Both the position numbers and the translations under genes were made by a program. Below, in pieces: positions 34,877 to 46,306 of a stretch of DNA of 64,000 nt (its first letter is position 1; each line of letters starts with the position of its first letter). The notes under the pieces were generated by a model. It had not been told where the DNA came from. It was given only the letters and a program-made list of their open reading frames with translations, and made no database searches. The stretch lies in the NCBI RefSeq assembly GCF_054482595.1, contig NZ_CM137008.1. One strand, given 5' to 3'.

Positions 34877-34939
34877 GCCTTTGTAGGCCTGATAAGACGC
34901 GCCAGCGTCGCATCAGGCGATAAATGCCTGATGCGACAC
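34877..34939. repeat. REP/BIME-type palindromic repeats between yqfA and ygfZ
   Basis: gcctttgtaggcctgataagacgcgccagcgtcgcatcaggcgataaatgcctgatgcgacac contains REP consensus arms. Confidence 0.65.
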
Positions 34940-34945
34940 AGAGAT

Positions 34946-35926
34946 TTACTCTTCGAGCGAATACGGCAGCGGCTCGATATGCAATGTATTCGCATCGTCA
35001 CGTACGCGGAAGATGCTGTCCGGTTCCATATCGTTATTCATCACTACCTGTACCACGACCTGACCATCTTCCAGTTTTACCGCAGCCAGCACTGTACCGG
35101 TACGACGCCAGTTCTCGCCCATTTTCAGCTCTAAGTCTTCACCAGCTTCCGGCAGTCGGCTGGCACTACCTGTCAGCAACCAGAGCGCACGTTTATTGGC
35201 ACCACGGAATTTTGCTCGCGCCACCATCTCTTGTCCGGTATAACAGCCTTTCTTAAAGCTGATACCGCCCAGCGCCTGGAGATTGGTCGCCTGTGGGATA
35301 AACTGCCCGCTGTTCGCGGCATCAATCACCGGGAAACCCGCTTCAATGTTTAATGCCAGCCACTGTTGGCTATTGTTCAGTTCCGCTTCACCGCGCAGTT
35401 TATCGGTCAGCATATTGGCAGTAGCTTCATCGGTTACGATCAGGAAACGTTCTGCCGGGTGTTCAAACCATAGCAAAGTGGTCGCGCCTTCTTTAACTAC
35501 CTGTTTTTCTCTCGAAGGTAGTTCACTAAAGAGATTGGCCAGCGCGGCGCGCGCCTGAAAACCGGCAACACCAAGCAGCACACGCTCGTCGTCTGGCGCG
35601 ATGGTCACTTTAGAGAACACCGCATATTTTTTCAGTTCAGTCAGCTGCGGTTCACGCACGCTGCGCCGTTCAATCCACGCAAAGCCATCGCCGTCGCGGA
35701 ACAGACGTAAATTGCTCCACATTTTACCTTTGGCGTCGCAATGGGCGGCGAGCAGGTGCTGATTTTCTGTCATCTGGCTGACATCTGCTGTCACCTGGCC
35801 CTGCATATATTTTTCGCTGTCCGCGCCAGTAATGGTGGCAAGCGCCCAGTCATCAAGCGTCATCAGCGTCAGCGGTAAACGGGCAGAAGCCGTAGGCTGA
35901 CGTGGAGGAAAAGGTGTAAAAGCCAT
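34946..35926 (-). CDS. ygfZ: tRNA-modifying folate-binding protein YgfZ (Fe-S cluster repair)
   Basis: ORF track 326 aa, [44 protein letters not shown]. Confidence 0.92.
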   Translation of the reverse strand: MAFTPFPPRQPTASARLPLTLMTLDDWALATITGADSEKYMQGQVTADVSQMTENQHLLAAHCDAKGKMWSNLRLFRDGDGFAWIERRSVREPQLTELKKYAVFSKVTIAPDDERVLLGVAGFQARAALANLFSELPSREKQVVKEGATTLLWFEHPAERFLIVTDEATANMLTDKLRGEAELNNSQQWLALNIEAGFPVIDAANSGQFIPQATNLQALGGISFKKGCYTGQEMVARAKFRGANKRALWLLTGSASRLPEAGEDLELKMGENWRRTGTVLAAVKLEDGQVVVQVVMNNDMEPDSIFRVRDDANTLHIEPLPYSLEE

Positions 35927-36156
35927 AATAGAGTCCTGAGTTGCTTAACGGCGTATTAATAACTAATGGTAAAAGAGCTATGAGGCAATGCAAGTGCTTT
36001 CACTACGCGATCTGTGCCTTCTGCGAGGCGACTTCCAAAAAAATGAAGCCCTTGAATTGTTGTGAATTAATTTCGCGATCGCGATTGTGTTTACTGATAT
36101 TCCCGTAAAAGAAGTCGAAAAACACGTTACAATAGCGGGGTACTGGATTTTCGTGA

Positions 36157-36823
<667 letters not shown>

Positions 36824-36862
36824 AGATGACGGCAAAGCATATGCGCTAAGCCGTCAGTGACA

Positions 36863-37384
36863 TCAGGCGTAATGCTCTGCCATTTCGTTGAGGATTTGCT
36901 CGCACCAGCTCTGAATACGCTCGTCGCTAAGGTCATACTGGTTAGTTTCATCCAGCGCCAGACCCACGAACAGTTGCCCGTCAGCAATCACCGGTTTCGG
37001 GCTGGTAAATTCATATCCTTCCGTTGGCCAGTAGCCGACGAACTTCACGCCTTTGGTAGAAAGTTTGTCATGCAGCATCCCTAGCGCATCGAGGAACCAT
37101 TCACCGTACCCGAGTTGATCGCCAAGCCCATACAGCGCAACAATTTTACCTTCGAGGTTCAGGTCGTCGAGCTGATCCCAGACGGCTTCCCAGTCTTCCT
37201 GGATTTCGCCAAAATCCCAGGTCGGGATACCCAGAATGAGCACATCGTACTGCTCCATTAATTTCGGGGAGTCGTCCTTGAGGTTATGTAAGGTCACCAG
37301 TTCTGGGCCGATAATATCGCGGATTTTTTCTGCCGCCATTTCGGTGTAACAGGTGCTGGAACCGTAAAAAAGACCCATATTCAT
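36863..37384 (-). CDS. fldB: flavodoxin 2
   Basis: ORF track 173 aa, [23 protein letters not shown]. Confidence 0.92.
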
Positions 37385-37495
37385 AACGTAAGCTTCTCGA
37401 TTCTGCTGTGGCTTTTGCGGCTAGTGTATCAGAATCGCTTTAGTCACGGCACAATAAGGCATAATGGATCAAATGAGTGACCATAAGGGGCGCAA

Positions 37496-38392
37496 GTGAA
37501 ACAGGATCTGGCACGCATCGAGCAGTTTCTTGATGCTCTGTGGCTGGAAAAAAATCTGGCTGAAAATACGTTGAACGCTTACCGTCGCGATCTGTCAATG
37601 ATGGTGGAGTGGTTGCATCACCGCGGGTTGACGTTGGCGACGGCGCAAAGTGACGATTTGCAGGCATTACTGGCAGAACGGCTGGAGGGCGGGTATAAAG
37701 CCACCAGCTCAGCGCGTTTGCTGAGTGCAGTGCGCCGATTGTTCCAGTATCTTTATCGCGAAAAGTTTCGTGAAGACGATCCCAGTGCGCATCTCGCTTC
37801 ACCGAAATTGCCCCAGCGTTTGCCAAAAGATTTAAGCGAAGCGCAGGTCGAACGTTTATTACAGGCACCATTAATTGATCAGCCACTGGAGCTACGCGAT
37901 AAAGCCATGCTTGAAGTGTTGTATGCTACCGGGCTGCGTGTCTCTGAACTGGTCGGACTGACAATGAGTGATATCAGCCTGCGTCAGGGCGTAGTGCGGG
38001 TCATTGGTAAAGGCAACAAAGAGCGCCTGGTGCCGTTAGGTGAAGAGGCGGTTTACTGGCTGGAAACCTATCTGGAACATGGGCGTCCGTGGCTGCTGAA
38101 TGGTGTGTCAATTGACGTGTTATTTCCCAGTCAGCGTGCGCAGCAGATGACGCGACAGACCTTCTGGCACCGCATTAAACATTATGCCGTGCTGGCGGGT
38201 ATCGACAGCGAAAAGCTGTCACCGCATGTGTTGCGTCACGCTTTTGCCACTCATTTATTAAATCATGGTGCGGATTTACGCGTGGTGCAGATGCTACTGG
38301 GCCACAGCGATCTTTCCACCACGCAAATTTATACGCATGTCGCTACCGAGCGTCTGCGGCAACTTCATCAACAGCATCACCCGCGGGCGTGA
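37496..38392 (+). CDS. xerD: site-specific tyrosine recombinase XerD
   Basis: ORF track 298 aa; C-terminal HxxR...Y catalytic region (LRHAFATHLLNHGADLRVVQMLLGHSDLSTTQIYTHV). Confidence 0.93.
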   Translation: MKQDLARIEQFLDALWLEKNLAENTLNAYRRDLSMMVEWLHHRGLTLATAQSDDLQALLAERLEGGYKATSSARLLSAVRRLFQYLYREKFREDDPSAHLASPKLPQRLPKDLSEAQVERLLQAPLIDQPLELRDKAMLEVLYATGLRVSELVGLTMSDISLRQGVVRVIGKGNKERLVPLGEEAVYWLETYLEHGRPWLLNGVSIDVLFPSQRAQQMTRQTFWHRIKHYAVLAGIDSEKLSPHVLRHAFATHLLNHGADLRVVQMLLGHSDLSTTQIYTHVATERLRQLHQQHHPRA

Positions 38393-38416
38393 TGTCTGAA
38401 AAGAACGGGAAGATTT

Positions 38417-39127
38417 ATGAAGAAAGGTTTTATGTTGTTTACTTTGTTAGCGGCGTTTTCAGGCTTTGCTCAGGCTGATGACGCGGCAATTCAACAAACG
38501 TTAGCCAAAATGGGCATCAAAAGCAGCGATATTCAGCCCGCGCCCGTAGCTGGCATGAAGACAGTTCTGACTAACAGCGGTGTGTTGTACATCACCGATG
38601 ATGGTAAACATATCATTCAGGGGCCAATGTATGACGTTAGCGGCACGGCTCCGGTCAATGTCACCAATAAGATGCTGTTAAAGCAGTTGAATGCGCTTGA
38701 AAAAGAGATGATCGTTTATAAAGCGCCGCAGGAAAAACACGTCATCACCGTGTTTACTGATATTACCTGTGGTTACTGCCACAAACTGCATGAGCAAATG
38801 GCAGACTACAACGCGCTGGGGATCACCGTGCGTTATCTTGCTTTCCCGCGCCAGGGGCTGGATAGCGATGCTGAGAAAGAAATGAAAGCTATCTGGTGTG
38901 CGAAAGACAAAAACAAAGCGTTTGATGATGTGATGGCAGGTAAAAGCGTCGCACCAGCCAGCTGCGACGTGGATATTGCCGACCATTACGCACTTGGCGT
39001 CCAGCTTGGCGTTAGCGGTACTCCGGCAGTTGTGCTGAGCAATGGCACACTTGTTCCGGGTTACCAGCCGCCGAAAGACATGAAAGAATTCCTCGACGAA
39101 CACCAAAAAATGACCAGCGGTAAATAA
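38417..39127 (+). CDS. dsbC: periplasmic disulfide isomerase DsbC
   Basis: ORF track 236 aa, signal peptide, active site CGYC. Confidence 0.93.
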   Translation: MKKGFMLFTLLAAFSGFAQADDAAIQQTLAKMGIKSSDIQPAPVAGMKTVLTNSGVLYITDDGKHIIQGPMYDVSGTAPVNVTNKMLLKQLNALEKEMIVYKAPQEKHVITVFTDITCGYCHKLHEQMADYNALGITVRYLAFPRQGLDSDAEKEMKAIWCAKDKNKAFDDVMAGKSVAPASCDVDIADHYALGVQLGVSGTPAVVLSNGTLVPGYQPPKDMKEFLDEHQKMTSGK

Positions 39128-39132
39128 TTCGC

Positions 39133-40866
39133 GTGAAACAACAGATACAACTTCGTCGCCGTGAAGTCGATGAAACGGCAGACTTGCCCGCTGAATTGCC
39201 TCCCTTGCTGCGCCGTTTATACGCCAGCCGAGGAGTACGCAGTGCGCAAGAACTGGAACGCAGTGTTAAAGGTATGCTGCCCTGGCAGCAACTGAGCGGT
39301 GTCGAAAAGGCCGTTGAGATCCTTTACAACGCCTTTCGCGAAGGAACGCGGATTATTGTGGTCGGTGATTTCGACGCCGACGGTGCCACCAGCACGGCTC
39401 TAAGCGTGCTGGCGATGCGCTCGCTTGGTTGCAGCAATATCGACTACCTGGTACCAAACCGTTTCGAAGACGGTTACGGCTTAAGCCCGGAAGTGGTCGA
39501 TCAGGCCCATGCCCGTGGCGCGCAGTTAATTGTCACGGTGGATAACGGTATTTCCTCCCATGCGGGGGTTGAGCACGCTCGCTCGTTGGGCATCCCGGTT
39601 ATTGTTACCGATCACCATTTGCCAGGCGACACATTACCCGCAGCGGAAGCGATCATTAACCCTAACTTGCGCGACTGTAATTTCCCGTCGAAATCACTGG
39701 CAGGCGTGGGTGTGGCGTTTTATCTGATGCTGGCGCTGCGTACCTTTTTGCGCGATCAGGGCTGGTTTGATGAGCGTAACATCGCAATTCCTAACCTGGC
39801 AGAACTGCTGGATCTGGTCGCGCTGGGGACAGTGGCGGACGTCGTGCCGCTGGACGCTAATAATCGCATTCTGACCTGGCAGGGGATGAGTCGCATCCGA
39901 GCCGGAAAGTGCCGTCCGGGGATTAAAGCGCTGCTTGAAGTGGCAAACCGTGATGCACAAAAACTCGCCGCCAGCGATTTAGGTTTTGCGCTGGGGCCAC
40001 GTCTCAATGCTGCCGGACGACTGGACGATATGTCCGTCGGTGTGGCGCTGTTGTTGTGCGACAACATCGGCGAAGCGCGCGTGCTGGCAAATGAACTCGA
40101 TGCGCTAAACCAGACGCGAAAAGAGATCGAACAAGGAATGCAAATTGAAGCCCTGACCCTGTGCGAGAAACTGGAGCGCAGCCGTGACACGCTACCCGGC
40201 GGGCTGGCAATGTATCACCCCGAATGGCATCAGGGCGTTGTCGGTATTCTGGCTTCGCGCATCAAAGAGCGTTTTCACCGTCCGGTTATCGCGTTTGCGC
40301 CAGCAGGTGACGGTACGCTGAAAGGTTCCGGTCGCTCCATTCAGGGGCTGCATATGCGTGATGCGCTGGAGCGATTAGACACACTCTACCCTGGCATGAT
40401 GCTGAAGTTTGGCGGTCATGCGATGGCGGCGGGTTTGTCGCTGGAAGAGGATAAATTCAAACTCTTTCAACAACGGTTTGGCGAACTGGTTACTGAGTGG
40501 CTGGACCCTTCGCTATTGCAAGGCGAAGTGGTATCAGACGGTCCGTTAAGCCCGGCCGAAATGACCATGGAAGTGGCGCAGCTGCTGCGCGATGCTGGCC
40601 CGTGGGGGCAGATGTTCCCGGAGCCGCTGTTTGACGGTCATTTCCGTCTGCTGCAACAGCGGCTGGTGGGCGAACGTCATTTGAAGGTGATGGTCGAACC
40701 GGTCGGCGGCGGTCCACTGCTGGATGGTATTGCTTTTAATGTCGATACCGCCCTCTGGCCGGATAACGGCGTGCGTGAAGTGCAACTGGCTTATAAGCTC
40801 GATATCAACGAGTTTCGCGGCAACCGCAGCCTGCAAATTATCATCGACAATATCTGGCCAATTTAG
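39133..40866 (+). CDS. recJ: ssDNA-specific 5'-3' exonuclease RecJ
   Basis: ORF track 577 aa, DHH motif (VTDHH). Confidence 0.93.
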   Translation: MKQQIQLRRREVDETADLPAELPPLLRRLYASRGVRSAQELERSVKGMLPWQQLSGVEKAVEILYNAFREGTRIIVVGDFDADGATSTALSVLAMRSLGCSNIDYLVPNRFEDGYGLSPEVVDQAHARGAQLIVTVDNGISSHAGVEHARSLGIPVIVTDHHLPGDTLPAAEAIINPNLRDCNFPSKSLAGVGVAFYLMLALRTFLRDQGWFDERNIAIPNLAELLDLVALGTVADVVPLDANNRILTWQGMSRIRAGKCRPGIKALLEVANRDAQKLAASDLGFALGPRLNAAGRLDDMSVGVALLLCDNIGEARVLANELDALNQTRKEIEQGMQIEALTLCEKLERSRDTLPGGLAMYHPEWHQGVVGILASRIKERFHRPVIAFAPAGDGTLKGSGRSIQGLHMRDALERLDTLYPGMMLKFGGHAMAAGLSLEEDKFKLFQQRFGELVTEWLDPSLLQGEVVSDGPLSPAEMTMEVAQLLRDAGPWGQMFPEPLFDGHFRLLQQRLVGERHLKVMVEPVGGGPLLDGIAFNVDTALWPDNGVREVQLAYKLDINEFRGNRSLQIIIDNIWPI

Positions 40867-40956
40867 CGTCATCTTCTCTATAAAAAAGAGCGTGGATTGG
40901 GTACAATCCCGCTCTTATCACCGCATTTTGACTAGCTCAATAAAAGAAATCAGACC

Positions 40957-42055
40957 ATGTTTGAAATTAATCCGGTAAATAATCGCATTCAGGACCTCAC
41001 GGAACGCTCCGACGTTCTTAGGGGGTATCTTTGACTACGACGCCAAGAAAGAGCGTCTGGAAGAAGTAAACGCCGAGCTGGAACAGCCGGATGTCTGGAA
41101 CGAACCCGAACGCGCACAGGCGCTGGGTAAAGAGCGTTCCTCCCTCGAAGCCGTTGTCGACACCCTCGACCAAATGAAACAGGGGCTGGAAGATGTTTCT
41201 GGTCTGCTGGAACTGGCTGTAGAAGCTGACGACGAAGAAACCTTTAACGAAGCCGTTGCTGAACTCGACGCCCTGGAAGAAAAACTGGCGCAGCTTGAGT
41301 TCCGCCGTATGTTCTCTGGCGAATATGACAGCGCCGACTGCTACCTCGATATTCAGGCGGGGTCTGGCGGTACGGAAGCACAGGACTGGGCGAGCATGCT
41401 TGAGCGTATGTATCTGCGCTGGGCAGAATCGCGTGGTTTCAAAACTGAAATCATCGAAGAGTCGGAAGGTGAAGTGGCGGGTATTAAATCCGTGACTATC
41501 AAAATCTCCGGCGATTACGCTTACGGCTGGCTGCGTACAGAAACCGGCGTTCACCGCCTGGTGCGTAAAAGCCCGTTTGACTCCGGCGGTCGTCGCCATA
41601 CGTCGTTCAGCTCCGCGTTTGTTTACCCGGAAGTCGATGACGATATTGATATCGAAATCAACCCGGCGGATCTGCGCATTGACGTTTATCGCGCGTCCGG
41701 CGCGGGCGGTCAGCACGTTAACCGTACCGAATCTGCGGTGCGTATTACTCACATCCCAACCGGGATCGTGACCCAGTGCCAGAACGACCGTTCCCAGCAC
41801 AAGAACAAAGACCAGGCCATGAAGCAGATGAAAGCGAAGCTTTATGAACTGGAGATGCAGAAGAAAAATGCCGAGAAACAGGCGATGGAAGATAACAAAT
41901 CCGACATCGGCTGGGGCAGCCAGATTCGTTCTTATGTCCTTGATGACTCCCGCATTAAAGATCTGCGCACCGGGGTAGAAACCCGCAACACGCAGGCCGT
42001 GCTGGACGGCAGCCTGGATCAATTTATCGAAGCAAGTTTGAAAGCAGGGTTATGA
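40957..42055 (+). CDS. prfB: peptide chain release factor 2, made by programmed +1 frameshift (frame 1 40957..41031, then 41033..42055)
   Basis: [25 protein letters not shown] then in-frame TGA at 41032-41034; downstream frame (ORF track 41174..42055) carries GGQ motif (SGAGGQHVN); 365 aa total. Confidence 0.9.
41017..41035 (+). promoter_or_regulatory. prfB autoregulatory +1 frameshift site (internal SD AGGGGG, then CUU UGA C)
   Basis: cttagggggtatctttgac. Confidence 0.85.
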
Positions 42056-42064
42056 GGAACCAAC

Positions 42065-43582
42065 ATGTCTGAACAACACGCACAGGGCGCTGACGCGGTA
42101 GTCGATCTTAACAATGAACTGAAAACGCGTCGTGAGAAGCTGGCGAACCTGCGCGAGCAGGGGATTGCCTTCCCGAATGATTTCCGTCGCGATCATACCT
42201 CTGACCAATTGCACGCAGAATTCGACGGTAAAGAGAACGAAGAACTGGAAGCGCTGAACATCGAAGTCGCTGTTGCTGGCCGCATGATGACCCGCCGTAT
42301 TATGGGTAAAGCGTCTTTCGTTACCCTGCAGGATGTGGGTGGCCGCATTCAGCTGTACGTTGCCCGTGACGATCTGCCGGAAGGCGTTTACAACGAGCAG
42401 TTCAAAAAATGGGACCTCGGCGACATCCTCGGCGCGAAAGGTAAACTGTTCAAAACCAAAACCGGCGAACTGTCTATCCACTGTACCGAGTTGCGTCTGC
42501 TGACCAAAGCACTGCGTCCGCTGCCGGATAAATTCCACGGCTTGCAGGATCAGGAAGCGCGCTATCGTCAGCGTTATCTCGATCTCATCTCCAACGATGA
42601 ATCCCGCAACACCTTTAAAGTGCGCTCGCAGATCCTCTCTGGTATTCGCCAGTTCATGGTGAACCGCGGCTTTATGGAAGTTGAAACGCCGATGATGCAG
42701 GTGATCCCTGGCGGTGCCGCTGCGCGTCCGTTTATCACCCACCATAACGCGCTGGATCTCGACATGTACCTGCGTATCGCGCCGGAACTGTACCTCAAGC
42801 GTCTGGTGGTTGGTGGCTTCGAGCGTGTATTCGAAATCAACCGTAACTTCCGTAACGAAGGTATTTCCGTACGTCATAACCCAGAGTTCACCATGATGGA
42901 ACTCTATATGGCTTACGCAGATTACAAAGATCTGATCGAGCTGACCGAATCGCTGTTCCGTACTCTGGCACAGGATATTCTCGGTAAGACGGAAGTGACC
43001 TACGGCGACGTGACGCTGGATTTCGGTAAACCGTTCGAAAAACTAACCATGCGTGAAGCGATTAAGAAATATCGCCCGGAAACCGACATGGCGGATCTGG
43101 ACAACTTCGACTCTGCAAAAGCGATTGCTGAATCTATCGGTATCCACGTTGAGAAGAGCTGGGGTCTGGGCCGTATCGTTACCGAGATCTTCGAAGAAGT
43201 GGCAGAAGCACATCTGATTCAGCCAACCTTCATTACTGAATATCCGGCAGAAGTTTCTCCGCTGGCGCGTCGTAACGACGTTAACCCGGAAATCACAGAC
43301 CGCTTTGAGTTCTTCATCGGTGGTCGTGAAATCGGTAACGGCTTTAGCGAGCTGAATGACGCGGAAGATCAGGCGCAGCGCTTCCTGGATCAGGTTGCCG
43401 CGAAAGATGCAGGTGACGACGAAGCGATGTTCTACGATGAAGATTACGTCACCGCACTGGAACATGGCTTACCGCCGACAGCAGGTCTGGGGATTGGTAT
43501 CGACCGTATGGTAATGCTGTTCACCAACAGCCATACCATCCGCGACGTTATTCTGTTCCCGGCGATGCGTCCGGTGAAATAA
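42065..43582 (+). CDS. lysS: lysyl-tRNA synthetase (constitutive)
   Basis: ORF track 505 aa, [33 protein letters not shown]. Confidence 0.95.
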
Positions 43583-43603
43583 GCATTACGTTATGCTCAT
43601 AAC

Positions 43604-43627
43604 CCCGGCAAATGTCGGGGTTTTTTA
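43604..43627 (+). terminator. lysS intrinsic terminator (ccccggcaaatgtcgggg + T6); overlaps idi stop codon
   Basis: Hairpin plus TTTTTT. Confidence 0.7.
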
Positions 43628-44173
43628 TTTAAGCTGGGTAAATGCAGATAATCGTATTCTGGCTTCGCGATTTGTCGCCTGCATCACCATCCACGGACTG
43701 AATGCCCACGGCGTGGCATCAATACCGCGTAATACATCTGCTAAATCACACCATTGATAATCCATCACTTCATCATCGTTGATCTGTAACGCACTGGTGG
43801 TGCGTGCGGCAAATACCGGACACACTTCATTTTCCACAATGCCATTCGGATCGGTGGCGCGATAGCGAAAGTCAGGATAGATAGATTCAGGAGGCGTAAT
43901 TTCCACGCCAAGCTCATAACGGCAACGGCGGATCACCGCGTCTTCGTTGCTTTCTCCCAGTTGTGGGTGCCCACAAACCGAGTTAGTCCACACGCCAGGC
44001 CATGCTTTTTTGCTCAGAGCGCGACGGGTAACTAATAATTGTCCTTTGGCATTAAACAGCCAACTGGAGAACGCGAGATGTAAGCGGGTGTCTGCCGTGT
44101 GTGCGGCATACTTTTCCAGCGTACCCGTGGGAACTCCCTGTGCATTCAATAAAATGACGTGTTCCGTTTGCAT
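43625..44173 (-). CDS. idi: isopentenyl-diphosphate delta-isomerase
   Basis: ORF track 182 aa, [25 protein letters not shown]. Confidence 0.92.
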   Translation of the reverse strand: MQTEHVILLNAQGVPTGTLEKYAAHTADTRLHLAFSSWLFNAKGQLLVTRRALSKKAWPGVWTNSVCGHPQLGESNEDAVIRRCRYELGVEITPPESIYPDFRYRATDPNGIVENEVCPVFAARTTSALQINDDEVMDYQWCDLADVLRGIDATPWAFSPWMVMQATNREARIRLSAFTQLK

Positions 44174-44422
44174 AATTTCTCACATGTAATTCTGATCACT
44201 CATCATTATAGATAATTGAAGAGTGAAATGATTAACCAAGTGAGCGTTTATCGACAACCGCCCGTTTTGAGCGGATGTCGACAGGTAAAAACCATTTAAA
44301 AAAGTAGCATCATATATTTGAAGCGACTTTCAATGGCCATTGCAACACAGTCAGAAATGACAGGAATAGAGAGAGTAAAAAGCAACAACAGACTGAATAT
44401 AGCGCGCATTAAAAAATTCATA

Positions 44423-45871
44423 TTATTCTCCATGCTCATTTTTCTTCAGCTTGCGCATCAGAAGCCACATACGTACTGTCCTGACTTTTAAATCTTTATC
44501 AGAGACGGATTCCTTCACCAGGTCAGCATGATGCTGGTAGCCATTAAAGAAGACATTCAGCACAACGGCGCTAAGGGTTGCGAGCATAATGCCGCTATGC
44601 AGCAACGGTTGCAGTACGGCCGGTAACTTAGAAAAGAAATCGTGAGAGAGCGTTGGAGTCATGCCAACGCCGAGACTGATCGCCACAATATAGAGGTTGT
44701 AACGGTTGGTGGTGTAGTTACAGCGCGACAGAATTCGAATCCCTGTCGCCAGTACCATGCCGAACATCACCAGACCAGCGCCGCCCAGCACAAATTGCGG
44801 AATGGAGGCTACCAGCACCGCCATTTTTGGCACCATGCCAAACAGGATTAATATAATTCCCGAAGAAATACACACCCAGCGGCTATGAACGCGCGTCACG
44901 CTAACCAGGCCAACGTTTTGAGAAAATGACGTGTGGGGGAAGCTGTTAAACGTGCCACCAATCATTGTCCCTACGCCATCGACACGCAGCCCGCGAATAA
45001 TATCGTGCGAAGAGAGTTTACGACCGACTATTTCACCCAGTGCCAGGAACATCCCCATCGACTCGATAAACACGATGATTAACACGGCAGTCATGGTCAG
45101 AATGGAAACGGGATCGAAAATCGGCATACCAAACGACATCGGGGTGACAATCGCAAACCACGAGGCATCATGTAGCCCGGATAAATTGACTTCATTCATC
45201 ATCCACGAAAGTAAAAAGCCAAATACAATCCCCAGTAATACGGCGACGTTGGACATAAATCCTTTCGCATAGCGAGTAATGAGCAAGATAAAAATTAAGA
45301 CGGCAAAGGAGATACCTAAATAAACGGGATTACCATATTGCGGATTCCCTTTACCTCCGGCGGCCCAGTCAATACCCACCTGAATGATGCTAAGCCCGAT
45401 AGAAGTAATAACCACACCGGTAACCAGTGGCGGGAATAAAGGCATCAAGCGACCGATAAGTGGCGCTAATAATGTGGTGATAAAACCCGCGGCGATAGTG
45501 GCACCAAATATCCCCAGCAGGCCGATATCCGGGTTCATCCCAATGGCTATCATTGGTGTTACAGCAGCAAACGTCACCGACATAATCACCGGCAGGCGGA
45601 TCCCCATAAAGCGGCCGATACCGATACATTGCAATAATGTGACGATCCCGCAGCAAAAGAGATCCGAGCTAATGAGCATCGCAATAGCTTCTTTTGAGAG
45701 GCCCAGTCGGTCACCAATCATAAGAGGAACAGCGACTGCACCTGCGTACATGACAAGGACGTGTTGCAGACCGAGTATGATCAGCTTTCCTGGTGATAAT
45801 ATGCGGTCAACCTCATCAGTTGGGCGGTCTTGCCCAGAAGATGAGGGAAGTTGGGAATCTATGGCGCTCAT
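44423..45871 (-). CDS. uacT: uric acid/xanthine permease (NCS2/NAT family)
   Basis: ORF 44423..46000 trimmed to MSAIDSQLPSSSGQDRPTDEVDRILSP (482 aa). Confidence 0.87.
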   Translation of the reverse strand: MSAIDSQLPSSSGQDRPTDEVDRILSPGKLIILGLQHVLVMYAGAVAVPLMIGDRLGLSKEAIAMLISSDLFCCGIVTLLQCIGIGRFMGIRLPVIMSVTFAAVTPMIAIGMNPDIGLLGIFGATIAAGFITTLLAPLIGRLMPLFPPLVTGVVITSIGLSIIQVGIDWAAGGKGNPQYGNPVYLGISFAVLIFILLITRYAKGFMSNVAVLLGIVFGFLLSWMMNEVNLSGLHDASWFAIVTPMSFGMPIFDPVSILTMTAVLIIVFIESMGMFLALGEIVGRKLSSHDIIRGLRVDGVGTMIGGTFNSFPHTSFSQNVGLVSVTRVHSRWVCISSGIILILFGMVPKMAVLVASIPQFVLGGAGLVMFGMVLATGIRILSRCNYTTNRYNLYIVAISLGVGMTPTLSHDFFSKLPAVLQPLLHSGIMLATLSAVVLNVFFNGYQHHADLVKESVSDKDLKVRTVRMWLLMRKLKKNEHGE

Positions 45872-46306
45872 CAGTGTTTCTCCTTTCGCCCGCCAGAGTA
45901 AAAAGCAACCGTTTACGTTAATGAAACTGTCTAAACACATGCTCGTGGAGTGCCAGTTTTTGCGAGGAAGGGGAGTTAGAGACAGGAATTGCGGAGGCAA
46001 TCACATAATTGTGGTTAAACCACGAAAATGAGAAGAGAACCTGACAATGGAATTATCTGTAATTTTCTCATATTGATATTTCATTAATCATTCTGGCATG
46101 TCGCACTCTCGCATTTAATCGTTTTTATCTGGATAGCGCTCTTTTGATCGGCAATGTTGAAATAATGAAAGCGGCATAGTTTGAGGGGCAATAATTTGAA
46201 CTCAGTCGCAAAATTATAATTAAAACGGTCATGCTACCTAATATATGCCCGTTTATTGCATCGCGAAATTTGAGAAGACATAACTCATTAAATGAAAGGG
46301 ATGCAA

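Noticed and set aside
41018-42877. Minus-strand ORFs of 334 aa and 275 aa antisense to prfB and lysS
   Set aside because: They are fully embedded opposite essential translation-factor genes; translations are low-complexity. Treated as non-coding frames.
44174-44422. Small ORFs in the idi-uacT spacer (e.g. 43947..44189 plus strand)
   Set aside because: They overlap idi on the opposite strand or lack a ribosome-binding site. The region is more simply the uacT 3' UTR and idi promoter.
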